Source: a virus
DNA length: 64,000 bases
IMG/VR virus record: IMGVR_UViG_3300018080_000118
Coordinates: 1-64,000 of that record
Strand: one strand, 5' to 3'
Part shown: one piece after another, positions 1-9,270 of the stretch
How positions within the stretch are numbered: the first letter of the stretch is position 1
Layout: each line of letters opens with the position of its first letter
Made by a program: the position numbers and the translations under genes
Notes under the pieces: model-generated
Told to the model about the DNA's origin: nothing
Database searches by the model: none
Seen by the model: the letters and a program-made list of their open reading frames with translations, nothing else

Positions 1-1
1 C

Positions 2-289
2 ATTCGCCGCGTCTTCGCCCGGTTGGGCGTCATCTACGGGTACGCGCAGCTCATCGGCTTCGTCCTCGTCTGGGTCTGGTACAAGATCACGCTACGCAAG
101 GCCAACAACCCGTTTCGGGGCGGTATCATCTGCTCCGAGCTGGTCTTGATGTACCTGAAGGGTGTCTTTCCAGGCAACCCGGACCTGGCGAAGATGAACA
201 GAGACACTACGTCACCGGAGGACATCCAGAAGTTCATCGAGGCCAACCCGGAGCTGTTCGAGGCGCTTCCCACAGGCTCCCAGGATTGA
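2..289 (+). CDS. C-terminal part of a permuted papain-like (YiiX/YaeF-type NlpC/P60) protein; 5' end outside the window
   Basis: Frame is open from the window edge; G-x-x-Y, ICSELV and TSPEDI resemble the permuted papain-like C-terminal signature. Confidence 0.6.
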   Translation: MRRVFARLGVIYGYAQLIGFVLVWVWYKITLRKANNPFRGGIICSELVLMYLKGVFPGNPDLAKMNRDTTSPEDIQKFIEANPELFEALPTGSQD

Positions 290-313
290 CGACTGGCTAT
301 CTCCCCGTAGACT
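286..313 (+). promoter_or_regulatory. putative sigma70-like promoter
   Basis: TTGACG-N16-TAGACT upstream of the SD (AGGAGG) and ATG at 362. Confidence 0.4.
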
Positions 314-361
314 AGATTCAGACTTGTTTTGCCCGTTAGACCTATTTTTAGGAGGAGATCA

Positions 362-973
362 ATGGGCGTAGGAAATCGACCGGGGATCATCGACACCCCG
401 AACCTGGGTCTCAAGAAAGGAACCTCTCGCGGGTTCATGGACAACAAGACGCAGGGCGAGAACTGGGACGTTCTCGATGCCATCGCTGGGGCGATGCAGG
501 AAACTCGCTTTATCACCACCATCGACCTCTCGGCCTTCGTGGACGACACGTGGACCTACGTGGCGTTGCCGCCGGCCATCGCTTCCATGGTGGGTGAGGC
601 TTCGTACGGCAACGGCCAGGTCCGCTTCACCAACGTGGTGAAGATCATCTGCGCGCGTTTCCGGCTGCTGTGCAACACGCCCGGCGCGGGTGGTGTGGTC
701 TCTCTCATGCTCCGCAAGGGCGGCGCAACGGCCACGGCCGCCGACAACCTGCTCCTCAACGCCGTGACGATGGACGACAGTGTCGCCACCGTCCAGAACC
801 AGGTGGGGCAGGGCATCCCGGTCCCAAGCACGCCGGTCGTCGGCAACGACGAGGACGGCATCTCTCTGTGGATGATGGTGGACTCCACCGTCTCCGAGAC
901 CGATGCCGATCTGGAGGTCATGGTCGGCGCTCAGATGCTGCCGGGTACGCCTCCCGACATCGTCGAGACATAA
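362..973 (+). CDS. hypothetical protein, probably virion structural
   Basis: AGGAGG SD before ATG 362. Its N-terminus (IDTPNLGLKKG...NWDVLD) resembles that of 41851..45876 (LTPNISLNSP...NWATLD), a pattern typical of tail-fibre N-termini. Confidence 0.7.
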   Translation: MGVGNRPGIIDTPNLGLKKGTSRGFMDNKTQGENWDVLDAIAGAMQETRFITTIDLSAFVDDTWTYVALPPAIASMVGEASYGNGQVRFTNVVKIICARFRLLCNTPGAGGVVSLMLRKGGATATAADNLLLNAVTMDDSVATVQNQVGQGIPVPSTPVVGNDEDGISLWMMVDSTVSETDADLEVMVGAQMLPGTPPDIVET

Positions 974-981
974 TGAGATAA

Positions 982-1018
982 CCTGGGGGTCAGCGTCGGG
1001 AGTCCGCTGGCCCCCAGG
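982..1018. other. GC-rich intergenic hairpin
   Basis: CCTGGGGGTCAGCG / CGCTGGCCCCCAGG inverted repeat with no U-tract. Confidence 0.45.
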
Positions 1019-1068
1019 CCTCCCCTTACGGGCTGTCTTGCTTGACGACTCCGACACGAGGAGTAGCC

Positions 1069-1299
1069 GTGAACAGGGCCTTCATTACCGGTTTCTGGAG
1101 CGAGATCACGAAACTCGCTGCCAAGCCGCCTACTCCCTGGCACCACAAGATTCCAGGGCGCAGGGCGGCATCTTTGGCCATGAAGGGCCTCCCTCTGGTC
1201 GCTCTCGGCAGCCTGCCTCTGTGGGCGTTCGGCAAGGGCCTGGGTAAGGGCCTCGGCACACCAGCCCAGCAAGCGATGCCCTGGGAGGAGCGGTATTGA
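1069..1299 (+). CDS. small hypothetical protein with N-terminal F-x3-F-x-x-E-x-x-K-x-A motif
   Basis: GAGGAG SD before GTG 1069; begins NRAFITGFWSEITKLA. Confidence 0.65.
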   Translation: MNRAFITGFWSEITKLAAKPPTPWHHKIPGRRAASLAMKGLPLVALGSLPLWAFGKGLGKGLGTPAQQAMPWEERY

Positions 1300-1300
1300 G

Positions 1301-1504
1301 ATGGAGCAGGCTTTCTTCAACGGGTTCATCCAGGAGCTGAAGAAGGTCGCCACCATCTCTCCCATGGCTCCCGCAGGGATGACCCCCACCAAGATGATGA
1401 ATCCGGCGATCCGTCCTCCGAAAATCGGGGGCCGTCCCGCGCAGGGCCTTCCAAATTTTTCTGGACAGACGCCCTCTCCTCCACGTAGTATGGGGTCAAT
1501 GTAG
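1301..1504 (+). CDS. small hypothetical protein with N-terminal KxA motif
   Basis: Begins MEQAFFNGFIQELKKVA; starts 1 nt after the previous stop. Confidence 0.7.
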   Translation: MEQAFFNGFIQELKKVATISPMAPAGMTPTKMMNPAIRPPKIGGRPAQGLPNFSGQTPSPPRSMGSM

Positions 1505-1528
1505 GTCCATACTCGTAGGAGAGAGCGC

Positions 1529-1747
1529 ATGGGAGCCAGACATCTTTCTCGTCGAGCACAATACCTGGACGGAGTGCCCGTCGGGGTGTCCTTTCCGAAG
1601 TTCATGAAACCCCGGGAGATCGAGGAGGTCAAGAAGCGCTGTCAGGGACGAACCGACAGCCGATGGTACGAGACGATGGATGACGTCATCTTCGAGTCGA
1701 CCATCACCGACCCCAATCTTCTTGAGCTGCTCGCCGCCGTACACTGA
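1529..1747 (+). CDS. hypothetical protein
   Basis: AGGAG SD; fills the operon gap. Confidence 0.6.
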   Translation: MGARHLSRRAQYLDGVPVGVSFPKFMKPREIEEVKKRCQGRTDSRWYETMDDVIFESTITDPNLLELLAAVH

Positions 1748-1755
1748 GGCGACAG

Positions 1756-3762
1756 ATGGCCGATCAGATCACACCTCCCGCTGTGACCGCGCAGACCACG
1801 CAGCAGGCCATCCAAAAGGTCGTCAACACCGACCAAGTCGAGTCCGAGGCAAACACCAGCATCGCGCAGACCGCGCAACGACGCATGGAGGCTGGTGTCT
1901 TCTGGAAAGAACTCCTGGCCGATCCCCTCGGCTCTCTCCAGAAGGAGATAGAATCCTACCTTCCCGGCGACGGCCCCGCGCAAAGCTTCGCCAAAGACCT
2001 TCTCAGCGGCATGCAGTCGGGCCGTTTCGATCCTGAATCCGCTCTCGCTACCTACGCCAACTCATCCCTCCCGACGGCCTACTCCGGTCCTACTGTCATT
2101 TCCGGCCTTGGGAGCGGCAACCCCGTGGCGTCGAAAGGGGTGGCTCGCTCTGGCAAGTCCATCAGCGGGGTGACGAACTGCGCCAGGAACGCCTTGGCGG
2201 GCACTGTGGCCACCGTTGCCAAAATGGCTGTCGGAGCCATAGACCCAAGCCTGAAAGCGGCAGTGTCGCTGCAGCAGACCTTCAGCGCGGTGTCCGTCAG
2301 TTACCCCGACTTCGTCTCTGCCTTCATGCTGCTGCCCGTCGAATCTTTGTCTGTGTTCCTGACCGACAAGGACACGCTCCTAGACCGTCTGCTGGAAAAC
2401 TTCGAGAAGGCGTACGAGGTGTTGCTGTCGATGACAGATGACGATTACGGCTTCGATCATCAACAGGCTATCCGAGAGGCTCTGGAGAAGCTGAGGGATG
2501 CTGAGTCGGACACGTCCACCGTTGAGAGCATTCTGCTGCAGGGAGGCAACTTTCTGGAGACAGTGTGGGATCGGGCCAAGACTCGTGTCAACGAGGCGTC
2601 TACCATTCTCTTCGAGACGACACCTGACAACCCATTCAACAACAAGCAGATGCGGCTCGTAGGCTACCTTACCGCGATCGACATGACCATGCAGGTCCTT
2701 CTTTGCCGGCAGAGCATCATCGAGAGGCTCTACGGCAACATCGCGTCCTTCACCGCAGACTTCAAAGCCGAGTCCAAGTACGACAATTTGTACGGCCCCA
2801 TTCTGGACCAGATCAGCTGTCTGCTGCGAGGGGTGATCGGGGACATGGAGGCGGCGGCCAACAAGAGCTCAGCCCTTTCTCTGTTCGTGAAAGAGAAGGA
2901 GTGGTTCCTGCAGCTCCGTACGATCCTGGAGTTCATGCGGAACGCGCAGAAGCTGTCAACCGATGTGCCGAGCTCATCCGAGGCAGACGCCTTTTCCCTC
3001 TCGTTCTCCGCAGACGCAGAGAGCGACAACAACACCAACGATTTCACGGCCTTGGTGAACTTGGTCAACGAGTTCAAGACTCAGGTTCGCGGTGCGCTGA
3101 TGATGCCGCTACCCAATCCGGCGAGGTTGGAGAAGATCGTTGAGGCCACGCTGGTCGAGATCGATCGGCAGAAGCAGATCACAAGTCGGACGGAGGACAA
3201 GCTTCAGTCGTTTGCGTCTAACTTCAATCAGGAGGCCATGGCTGAGGCGATCACGGTGATGAAGGGCATTATCGACTTCGCCACGAGCCGCAACCTGATG
3301 GGCATGGTGAAGGCTCTTCGGGAGGGCGACATCAAGGGCTTCTTCAGCACCGCCTTCCAGTCCTCCGATGAGGAGCGAGCCCTCAGTGGTATCGTAGACC
3401 TCATCGACTACGCCTCCACCACGATGCCCGAGGAGCTCCGAGCCCTGAAGAACGCGTATACCGTCCTTCGGGGCAGGGTTCGCGGAGAGAACCTGTACAA
3501 GCGGCTGGTCTCACATTCGGCGGACCAGTACATCCGGAATCAGAAAGAGCAGCGACTGCCAGAGAACAACGCGCTGCAGCGTCTCATTCGGCGCGTGAAC
3601 AACCGGCTGAATCGCAGTGTAGGCGTCGCCGACAGCCGCATTGCCCAGGTTCAGGAGCGCATCGATCAGGTGAGTGGGGTTGTCGACACCGCAGTCTCCC
3701 AGATCGCGGGAGCGGTCACGCGTCCCGACGAGAACCGACCCGTCTCCTGCGCTGGCCGGTAA
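1756..3762 (+). CDS. hypothetical helical protein (668 aa), likely structural
   Basis: Long ORF with GAGG SD in the structural operon. Confidence 0.8.
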   Translation: MADQITPPAVTAQTTQQAIQKVVNTDQVESEANTSIAQTAQRRMEAGVFWKELLADPLGSLQKEIESYLPGDGPAQSFAKDLLSGMQSGRFDPESALATYANSSLPTAYSGPTVISGLGSGNPVASKGVARSGKSISGVTNCARNALAGTVATVAKMAVGAIDPSLKAAVSLQQTFSAVSVSYPDFVSAFMLLPVESLSVFLTDKDTLLDRLLENFEKAYEVLLSMTDDDYGFDHQQAIREALEKLRDAESDTSTVESILLQGGNFLETVWDRAKTRVNEASTILFETTPDNPFNNKQMRLVGYLTAIDMTMQVLLCRQSIIERLYGNIASFTADFKAESKYDNLYGPILDQISCLLRGVIGDMEAAANKSSALSLFVKEKEWFLQLRTILEFMRNAQKLSTDVPSSSEADAFSLSFSADAESDNNTNDFTALVNLVNEFKTQVRGALMMPLPNPARLEKIVEATLVEIDRQKQITSRTEDKLQSFASNFNQEAMAEAITVMKGIIDFATSRNLMGMVKALREGDIKGFFSTAFQSSDEERALSGIVDLIDYASTTMPEELRALKNAYTVLRGRVRGENLYKRLVSHSADQYIRNQKEQRLPENNALQRLIRRVNNRLNRSVGVADSRIAQVQERIDQVSGVVDTAVSQIAGAVTRPDENRPVSCAGR

Positions 3763-3790
3763 TTGATTAAGAATTTACCATCCCTACAAT
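3763..3790 (+). promoter_or_regulatory. putative sigma70-like promoter
   Basis: TTGATT-N16-TACAAT in an AT-rich gap upstream of the SD and ATG 3841. Confidence 0.4.
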
Positions 3791-3840
3791 CCTTACGTTT
3801 TAGAGCTGTCACAGCTTATCCCGGTTTAGGAGGAGAAAAG

Positions 3841-4464
3841 ATGCCCACACCGGAAGAGATTTTCATGGCGGCGTTTTCCGAGGAGCTCGAAAGCTCCACG
3901 ACGGAGGAGGCCCCAGAAATGCCCGTTCTCTCGAAGCTCGCCGAGAACCTCGGCCTCATGGAAGACGGGGAGGAAGAGGTCGAGATGCCTGTCCTCAGCA
4001 AACTCGCCGCCGCTTTCGAAGGCGACGAGACAGACGAGGACGAAGAGTCCGCAGAGCTCAGCCTCGAAGGCATGACGCAGCTCGAAAAGCTCGCGTTCAC
4101 CAAGTGGGCTGCCCGCAACGGCCTCACCAAGGAAGCCCTCTCGATGGCCGAGCTCAAGGACAAGGGCAAAGCCCTCGTCGAGAAGGGGAAGTCCACGCTG
4201 AAGGGCAAGGACTGGACCGCCGCCGAGAAGAAGCTCGAATCCGCCAAGGCCCAGAAGCCGAAGAGCTTCCGGCTCTTCAGCAAGCGGAAAGCCAAAGCAG
4301 GCGTCGCCGCAGCCGAGAAGGGCGTCGCCGCCGCGAAGGGCAAGCGCATGGCCCTCGGCAAGAAGGTGGGTCTCGGTGCCGCTGGCGGCGCAGCCGCTCT
4401 TCTGACGGCAGCCGCTGTCAAGAAAGCTCTCGGTGACCGCAAGAAGGACGAGAAGAAGAAGTAG
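3841..4464 (+). CDS. hypothetical protein with acidic N-half and basic C-half; candidate internal head protein
   Basis: AGGAG SD; duplicated EMPVLSKLA, several KxA sites, Gly/Ala hydrophobic C-terminal segment. Confidence 0.75.
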   Translation: MPTPEEIFMAAFSEELESSTTEEAPEMPVLSKLAENLGLMEDGEEEVEMPVLSKLAAAFEGDETDEDEESAELSLEGMTQLEKLAFTKWAARNGLTKEALSMAELKDKGKALVEKGKSTLKGKDWTAAEKKLESAKAQKPKSFRLFSKRKAKAGVAAAEKGVAAAKGKRMALGKKVGLGAAGGAAALLTAAAVKKALGDRKKDEKKK

Positions 4465-4483
4465 AGGCTTCTCTGAGGCTGAG

Positions 4484-4888
4484 ATGGACTTTGGGGCGAT
4501 AGTTCGAGACCCGAGTAGCGGGGTCATTACGTTCTCTTCCGGCTCAGCACCGAGAAAGATCTCGGGTATCGGCCAGCTCGTCCAGTCCCTCATCATCGAA
4601 CTGATGGCAGACCCCCGGCCTGAACTTGGTCGGGGGTCTGGCTTCGTTACCCTTCTTCGTGATCTCCCGACCGACGACGTCCCTACCGCTTCGACCTCCC
4701 TCTCTCGCGCCCTGAACCTTGCTGTGGAGAACCTCATCTCCCATCAGTCCTACGATGTGGGGCTGGCTGAGAGCGAGCGTCTGAAGAGCGCGAGTCTTCG
4801 CAACCTGGCCACGGACGGACAGCAATGGTTCGCTGACTTGGACCTCGTATCCGTAGCCGGAGAACGCTTTGTATTGCCAGTCTCATGA
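4484..4888 (+). CDS. baseplate wedge subunit, gp25/GPW-like
   Basis: About 134 aa with KISGIGQLVQ...LMADP...GSG...ERL, a gp25-like pattern. Confidence 0.55.
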   Translation: MDFGAIVRDPSSGVITFSSGSAPRKISGIGQLVQSLIIELMADPRPELGRGSGFVTLLRDLPTDDVPTASTSLSRALNLAVENLISHQSYDVGLAESERLKSASLRNLATDGQQWFADLDLVSVAGERFVLPVS

Positions 4889-5205
4889 AATACCAAGACG
4901 CATTCATCAACGGATTCGCTGACGAGCTGGAGAAGACGGCTTGGGTCGCCGCTCTCGGGCGTGGACTACTCTCAGCAGGGAAGTGGGCCAAGAGCGTTCT
5001 TCCCAAGGCCAAGAGTCTCGTCACTTCTACCAAGGCTGCCGTTTCGACCAAGGTGCCAAAGCTGATGTCGACTGCGAAAGAGATGGCTCCTACCATGGCG
5101 ATGCAGGTGGGAGTGCCTCGGGGCGGCATGCCCAAGACGCCGAAAGCCCCTAAGTCCGTGCAGTCTACGTCAGGTAAGACATACCAGGCTCCGGGCGCTC
5201 CGTAA
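4885..5205 (+). CDS. small basic protein with N-terminal AFINGFADELEKTA motif
   Basis: ATGA overlap with the previous gene; carries the shared motif. Confidence 0.75.
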   Translation: MKYQDAFINGFADELEKTAWVAALGRGLLSAGKWAKSVLPKAKSLVTSTKAAVSTKVPKLMSTAKEMAPTMAMQVGVPRGGMPKTPKAPKSVQSTSGKTYQAPGAP

Positions 5206-5270
5206 TTTGCTCTGAGCCTCCTCCCGCCTATCATTCCTTGCGAGCAATTCTCTTCTGGGAGGTACTCCTC

Positions 5271-7490
5271 GTGAGTGAGAAATTCAGAGGTTCTCAGGTC
5301 GATATCTTCGCCACTGGCGGATCTATGGACCGAGACTCAACGCAGCAATACCTGCTGCGTCTGGCAGGCTCTGGCGGTCTGCAGGTGGGCGCAAGCGGAC
5401 TTGAGGTCAAGTCCAATGGCATCCTGTCCAGCATGATCACTGCCGGGGCAATCCTCGGCACCCATGTTGGCTTCGATTCTTCTGACGTACCTGACAGCAG
5501 CTCCTACGGCGGTGTCGGGCAGAAGATCGAGGACGCCCTGAACGCCGCCTATACAGATGTGCAGCTTCGTCTGAAACGTGACGGCACGTCGCCGATGACC
5601 GGTGCCTTGAACATGAACGGCTTCGCGATCTCTGGCATGGCCGATGGCGTGTCCCAGACCGATGCCGTCACGCTGCAGCAGATGCAGACCTATGTCTCGC
5701 TGGGCATGCGCTGGCTCTATCCCTGCGCCTATGCTGGCGTCGGCCTCACTCACGGGTGTCTTCGCGTCAACGGAAAGGTCCGCGCCTCCCAGACCGTTCA
5801 CATGTCGACAACCGTCGGTCTCGTCGGCAAGGTGATCTCTTTCGACGGAGCCACTATCACCTTCAGCTCCACGCCTGGCGCGAACCAGTGCGTGGTGTCG
5901 CCGGGCTCTATCCCGACCACGATGAACAACCTGGTCAACGCCATCAACAGCTGCACCAACCTCGTCACCTCCAAGGGCGTCGCTCTCAACACCGTGGCCT
6001 ACGCGATCCGCGAAGAGACCACAGGCACAACGCTGCATGTCGTCTGGGAAGGCGATGACGCCACCCCCACGAACGCGAATGGTCTGCCGTGCGCCACCGA
6101 CGCGACTACGATGCTGGCCTTCGAGAACATCGACCCCGTTACCTCTGGTGGCCGCTTCTTCGGGGCCTACGACTCCGTGATGGACGGCGGCACCATTCAG
6201 GGTCGTCGGGACAATGGCGTTTACATGTACGACGTCGACCAGAGTGACTGGACCCTGATCTTCGCCAACCCCGGTTCCGACTTCTTCACAAGCTCCAGCG
6301 CGGACTCCGGCGGCACCATCGCCTCTGGCCTCAACGGCAACCTGGCGATCCGGGGCGGCACGGGCATTGACACCGTCTCCGCCTCGGCGTCCTCTCCCGA
6401 CCCGACGCCCGGTGTTCGCGTGACCATCAACCACGGCGATCTGGGTACGAACACGTCGCAGTTCCACGCGGAGGAGAGTGTCCGGCTCAACACGCTGTAC
6501 AGCGATGTCGGGACCGCCGTGGGCGATCACCAGAACGACTTCAATGCTGCCACAGCGTCACTGCTTGGCGACGCCCGTCGCACGGCCCTGCAGAATGTGA
6601 TGGTGAACGGCACCTTCATCGCGGATCCCGTAGGTTCGCAGCACCAGTTCGATCCGGGCGGCATCACCTACCCGGCGACCTCACACACGCTGGCGTGCAT
6701 GCCCGGCTGGGCAATCCGAGACACTGCAGCAGCAGGCGGGAACGTCGCCACGGTCGATCTCGACACCTCAGGGCTCCCCACACCGGTGCGCGGGAGCAAC
6801 ACTGCCAAGATCGACGTGCAGGCTCTCGGCGGCTCCGTGCCGGCCGTGATGTTCTACCAGCCCATCGTCGGCGGCGAACAATTCAAGGCGCAGAAGGTCA
6901 CCTTCCGGGCAGACGTATACGTCGCTGGCGGCTCGACCGGGGCCAAGCTGTTCATCGAGGACAGCACCATGGCCAGCCCAGCATACGGCGCGCCGCACTC
7001 GGGCGCTTCTGCGTGGGAGACCCTCTACGTCAACACGACGATCGCGCCGACTGCCTCCTGGATTCGTGTGGGCCTCTACATGGACTCCACGGACGTCTAC
7101 AACATCGATGCCTGCAACTGCGTATTCGGGGCGCTCTACACGAGTCTCCAGTTCATGCCGAAGCCGGAGATCGAGGACTACCAGCTGATCGACTCCATGT
7201 ACCAGGACGTCAACTGGTGGGCCACCCTGGTGAACGCCGGGGCCTGCGGGGATTATCTGACGGTGCCTTTCGGTACGTCGATGATCTCTACGCCGACGAT
7301 CACAGCTACGCCGGACGCAGCGACGTATCCCGGCGGCATTACCACGATGGCGGCTGTGGAAGTCACCACGCCAGCTGGTCGCGGGACGACGCGTCACGGG
7401 ACGACCATCGAGCTCAACGTGAGTGCCGGTGCTGCCGTCCAGGGCGATACGGTGGGTGGCTCCATCGTGGCCGACGCGAGGCCGACGTAA
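5271..7490 (+). CDS. tail fibre / virion appendage protein
   Basis: GGAGG SD before GTG 5271. LKRDGTSPMTGALNMNGFAISGMADGVSQTDAVT is a typical fibre/trimeric-adhesin repeat, followed by a C-terminal carbohydrate-binding-like region. Confidence 0.7.
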   Translation: MSEKFRGSQVDIFATGGSMDRDSTQQYLLRLAGSGGLQVGASGLEVKSNGILSSMITAGAILGTHVGFDSSDVPDSSSYGGVGQKIEDALNAAYTDVQLRLKRDGTSPMTGALNMNGFAISGMADGVSQTDAVTLQQMQTYVSLGMRWLYPCAYAGVGLTHGCLRVNGKVRASQTVHMSTTVGLVGKVISFDGATITFSSTPGANQCVVSPGSIPTTMNNLVNAINSCTNLVTSKGVALNTVAYAIREETTGTTLHVVWEGDDATPTNANGLPCATDATTMLAFENIDPVTSGGRFFGAYDSVMDGGTIQGRRDNGVYMYDVDQSDWTLIFANPGSDFFTSSSADSGGTIASGLNGNLAIRGGTGIDTVSASASSPDPTPGVRVTINHGDLGTNTSQFHAEESVRLNTLYSDVGTAVGDHQNDFNAATASLLGDARRTALQNVMVNGTFIADPVGSQHQFDPGGITYPATSHTLACMPGWAIRDTAAAGGNVATVDLDTSGLPTPVRGSNTAKIDVQALGGSVPAVMFYQPIVGGEQFKAQKVTFRADVYVAGGSTGAKLFIEDSTMASPAYGAPHSGASAWETLYVNTTIAPTASWIRVGLYMDSTDVYNIDACNCVFGALYTSLQFMPKPEIEDYQLIDSMYQDVNWWATLVNAGACGDYLTVPFGTSMISTPTITATPDAATYPGGITTMAAVEVTTPAGRGTTRHGTTIELNVSAGAAVQGDTVGGSIVADARPT

Positions 7491-7522
7491 AAGAAAAGGA
7501 GGGGGGCTCGCAACCCCCCTCC
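7489..7522 (-). terminator. Rho-independent terminator between convergent units
   Basis: GGAGGGGGG/CCCCCCTCC stem followed by TTTTCTTTT on the - strand. Confidence 0.7.
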
Positions 7523-7541
7523 CAAAGCAGAATCCCGGAAC

Positions 7542-8309
7542 CTACTGGTTCCTTTTTCTCCTTTCGTCGTACTCCTTGCGGCGTTGGCGCATTGAGCGCA
7601 TCAGGGAAGCCTCTTCCCGAGGGTCAACCTCGATGAGAATTTCTCTGATGATGGCGAGCGCCTCTTCTCCGACCTGTCCCGTGGCCCACATTTTGCGCCA
7701 CTCGTCTGGAGTCATGACTTCTTTTACTTGAAGCCAGAATTTTCTGTGCCGTGATTTTTTGGCAGCTCTCTCTGGCTCCGTGCGCGGCTCTTCCTGCTCG
7801 TGCTGCGTCAGCGCGGCGCACTGCACGCAGTCGACCTTCTTGCAGGACGAGCACCCCGCGCCCCACTCCTTGCATTTCTTGCATATCATGAGGCACTGTT
7901 CACAGCTAACGATCTTCTCGTCAGCATCGAACCTCTTTTCCACGCGCTCCCCACGCGCGAACAGTTTTCTTGCAATGTCTAGGGCTTCAGTGGGCCTATC
8001 CCTTGCCTGCACGGCATAGCCGTACTCGTGCGTTGCTTGGTGCCACGCATCTCGCACTGCCCTGTCATCCAGCTCGTCGGCTTTCTTCAAATCCGCCTTC
8101 AGTTTTTCGGATATCCGTTTGTAGAGCGAGCTCTTCGGATCTATCCCTTTTGTGCGGAAGTAGAAGTCGTGCCGGAGCCGTTTCTTCCTTCGCCGTATTC
8201 TATCGCCCTGCGACAAGGCGATCAATTTGGCGATGCTATGGAAATCGGGGTCCTTCTGTATTGGGAATTCTGACCCGATCTCCGATATAGCTGCGAGATT
8301 CTGCTGCAT
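7542..8309 (-). CDS. hypothetical basic protein with Cys-rich (4x CxxC) putative Zn-binding region
   Basis: GGAGGAG SD before ATG 8309; CEQC, CKKC, CSSC and CVQC motifs. Confidence 0.7.
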   Translation of the reverse strand: MQQNLAAISEIGSEFPIQKDPDFHSIAKLIALSQGDRIRRRKKRLRHDFYFRTKGIDPKSSLYKRISEKLKADLKKADELDDRAVRDAWHQATHEYGYAVQARDRPTEALDIARKLFARGERVEKRFDADEKIVSCEQCLMICKKCKEWGAGCSSCKKVDCVQCAALTQHEQEEPRTEPERAAKKSRHRKFWLQVKEVMTPDEWRKMWATGQVGEEALAIIREILIEVDPREEASLMRSMRQRRKEYDERRKRNQ

Positions 8310-8374
8310 TAACTCCTCCAAAAGTTAGGGGCCTAAGAATAACGTCTCAGCATTAGTCTTATGCCACAATCTCG

Positions 8375-8395
8375 TGACAACTCCTGGAGTGGTCG
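8375..8395 (+). repeat. 21-bp imperfect palindrome, copy 1
   Basis: TGACAACTC-CTG-GAGTGGTCG. Confidence 0.85.
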
Positions 8396-8399
8396 GCGT

Positions 8400-8425
8400 A
8401 AAAAGAGCGGGGAGGACCCCCGCTC
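8400..8425 (-). terminator. Rho-independent terminator
   Basis: GAGCGGGG/CCCCGCTC stem followed by T5 on the - strand, just after the stop at 8430. Confidence 0.7.
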
Positions 8426-8429
8426 GATA

Positions 8430-9062
8430 TCATTCCATCTCGTGCTTGGTGATGAGGCGGCCCTCTAGGCGCACTCTCGGCTCACGCTTAGCCGTTACGG
8501 AATCGTCCACGTCGGTGACGACGCCCTGTTTCGCGAGGCCTTTGTCCCTGGCCTTTTTGTGCGTCTTGGCGAGGACGAGCTGCGTGGTGCAGCGTTCCTC
8601 GATGAGCTCGACTTCGTACGTGTTGTGGCCGAGCATCCTAGCAATTTCCTTGGTCTTCGCGATCTCCCTGTCGATCTGGGTGATGAGGTCTGGCCAGCTG
8701 CGGCACTTCTCCTTCAGGCCAATCAGCCTGCGCATCCCTGCCTCGCAGCGTTCGAGCTTTTCCTCGTCGCTCTCGCGAACGATGTTGAGGGCAGCGTCGA
8801 TCGTGTCGCCATCCCACTGGGCCTCTTCCACGCGTTTGAACTGGGTGTCGTAGACGTCCAGCTCCAGCATGGCCCGTTCCACGGATTGGAGCGAGCTCCT
8901 CAGGCAGTCGACGAATCCCTGACTCCTCCCGTTCTCGTAGTCTTGTTCGCTCTGCTTCTCCAACTCGCGCTTGGCGAGCATCTGCGACAACTCCTTTCGG
9001 AGATTGTCAATACCCTCCTTGGACCGTCTCAGTCCTTGTTCTTCGACCCACGTTTTCTGCAT
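8430..9062 (-). CDS. hypothetical coiled-coil protein
   Basis: AAGGAGG SD; 210-aa ORF. Confidence 0.75.
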   Translation of the reverse strand: MQKTWVEEQGLRRSKEGIDNLRKELSQMLAKRELEKQSEQDYENGRSQGFVDCLRSSLQSVERAMLELDVYDTQFKRVEEAQWDGDTIDAALNIVRESDEEKLERCEAGMRRLIGLKEKCRSWPDLITQIDREIAKTKEIARMLGHNTYEVELIEERCTTQLVLAKTHKKARDKGLAKQGVVTDVDDSVTAKREPRVRLEGRLITKHEME

Positions 9063-9073
9063 ATTTCCTCCTT

Positions 9074-9267
9074 AAAGATCAGCTTACGCAGTTTTACGCA
9101 CGTTGCCCAGCGCTGCCCGCCGGTAGCGAGCAGCTCGATGCCGCAGGCTCGATGCGCGAGCTACCGGCGGGAGGCGCGTGGGCTGAGTGCGTAAAACTGG
9201 TGTTCTACGTACATCAGCCCGTTAGGGACTTCACCCGGCGTTGCACCGGGAACTTCGCCTGATCTTT
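9074..9267 (-). ncRNA. candidate structured RNA (about 195 nt), family unknown
   Basis: Closing 9-bp stem AAAGATCAG/CTGATCTTT; perfect 13-bp (9089-9101/9187-9199) and 12-bp (9116-9127/9160-9171) helices; fills the intergenic space. Confidence 0.5.
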
Positions 9268-9270
9268 TGT

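Noticed and set aside
9074-9267. Hammerhead ribozyme or SRP RNA
   Set aside because: CTGATG is followed by T, and no properly placed GAAA core is present; CAGG and AGCAG occur in the wrong order for SRP helix 8.
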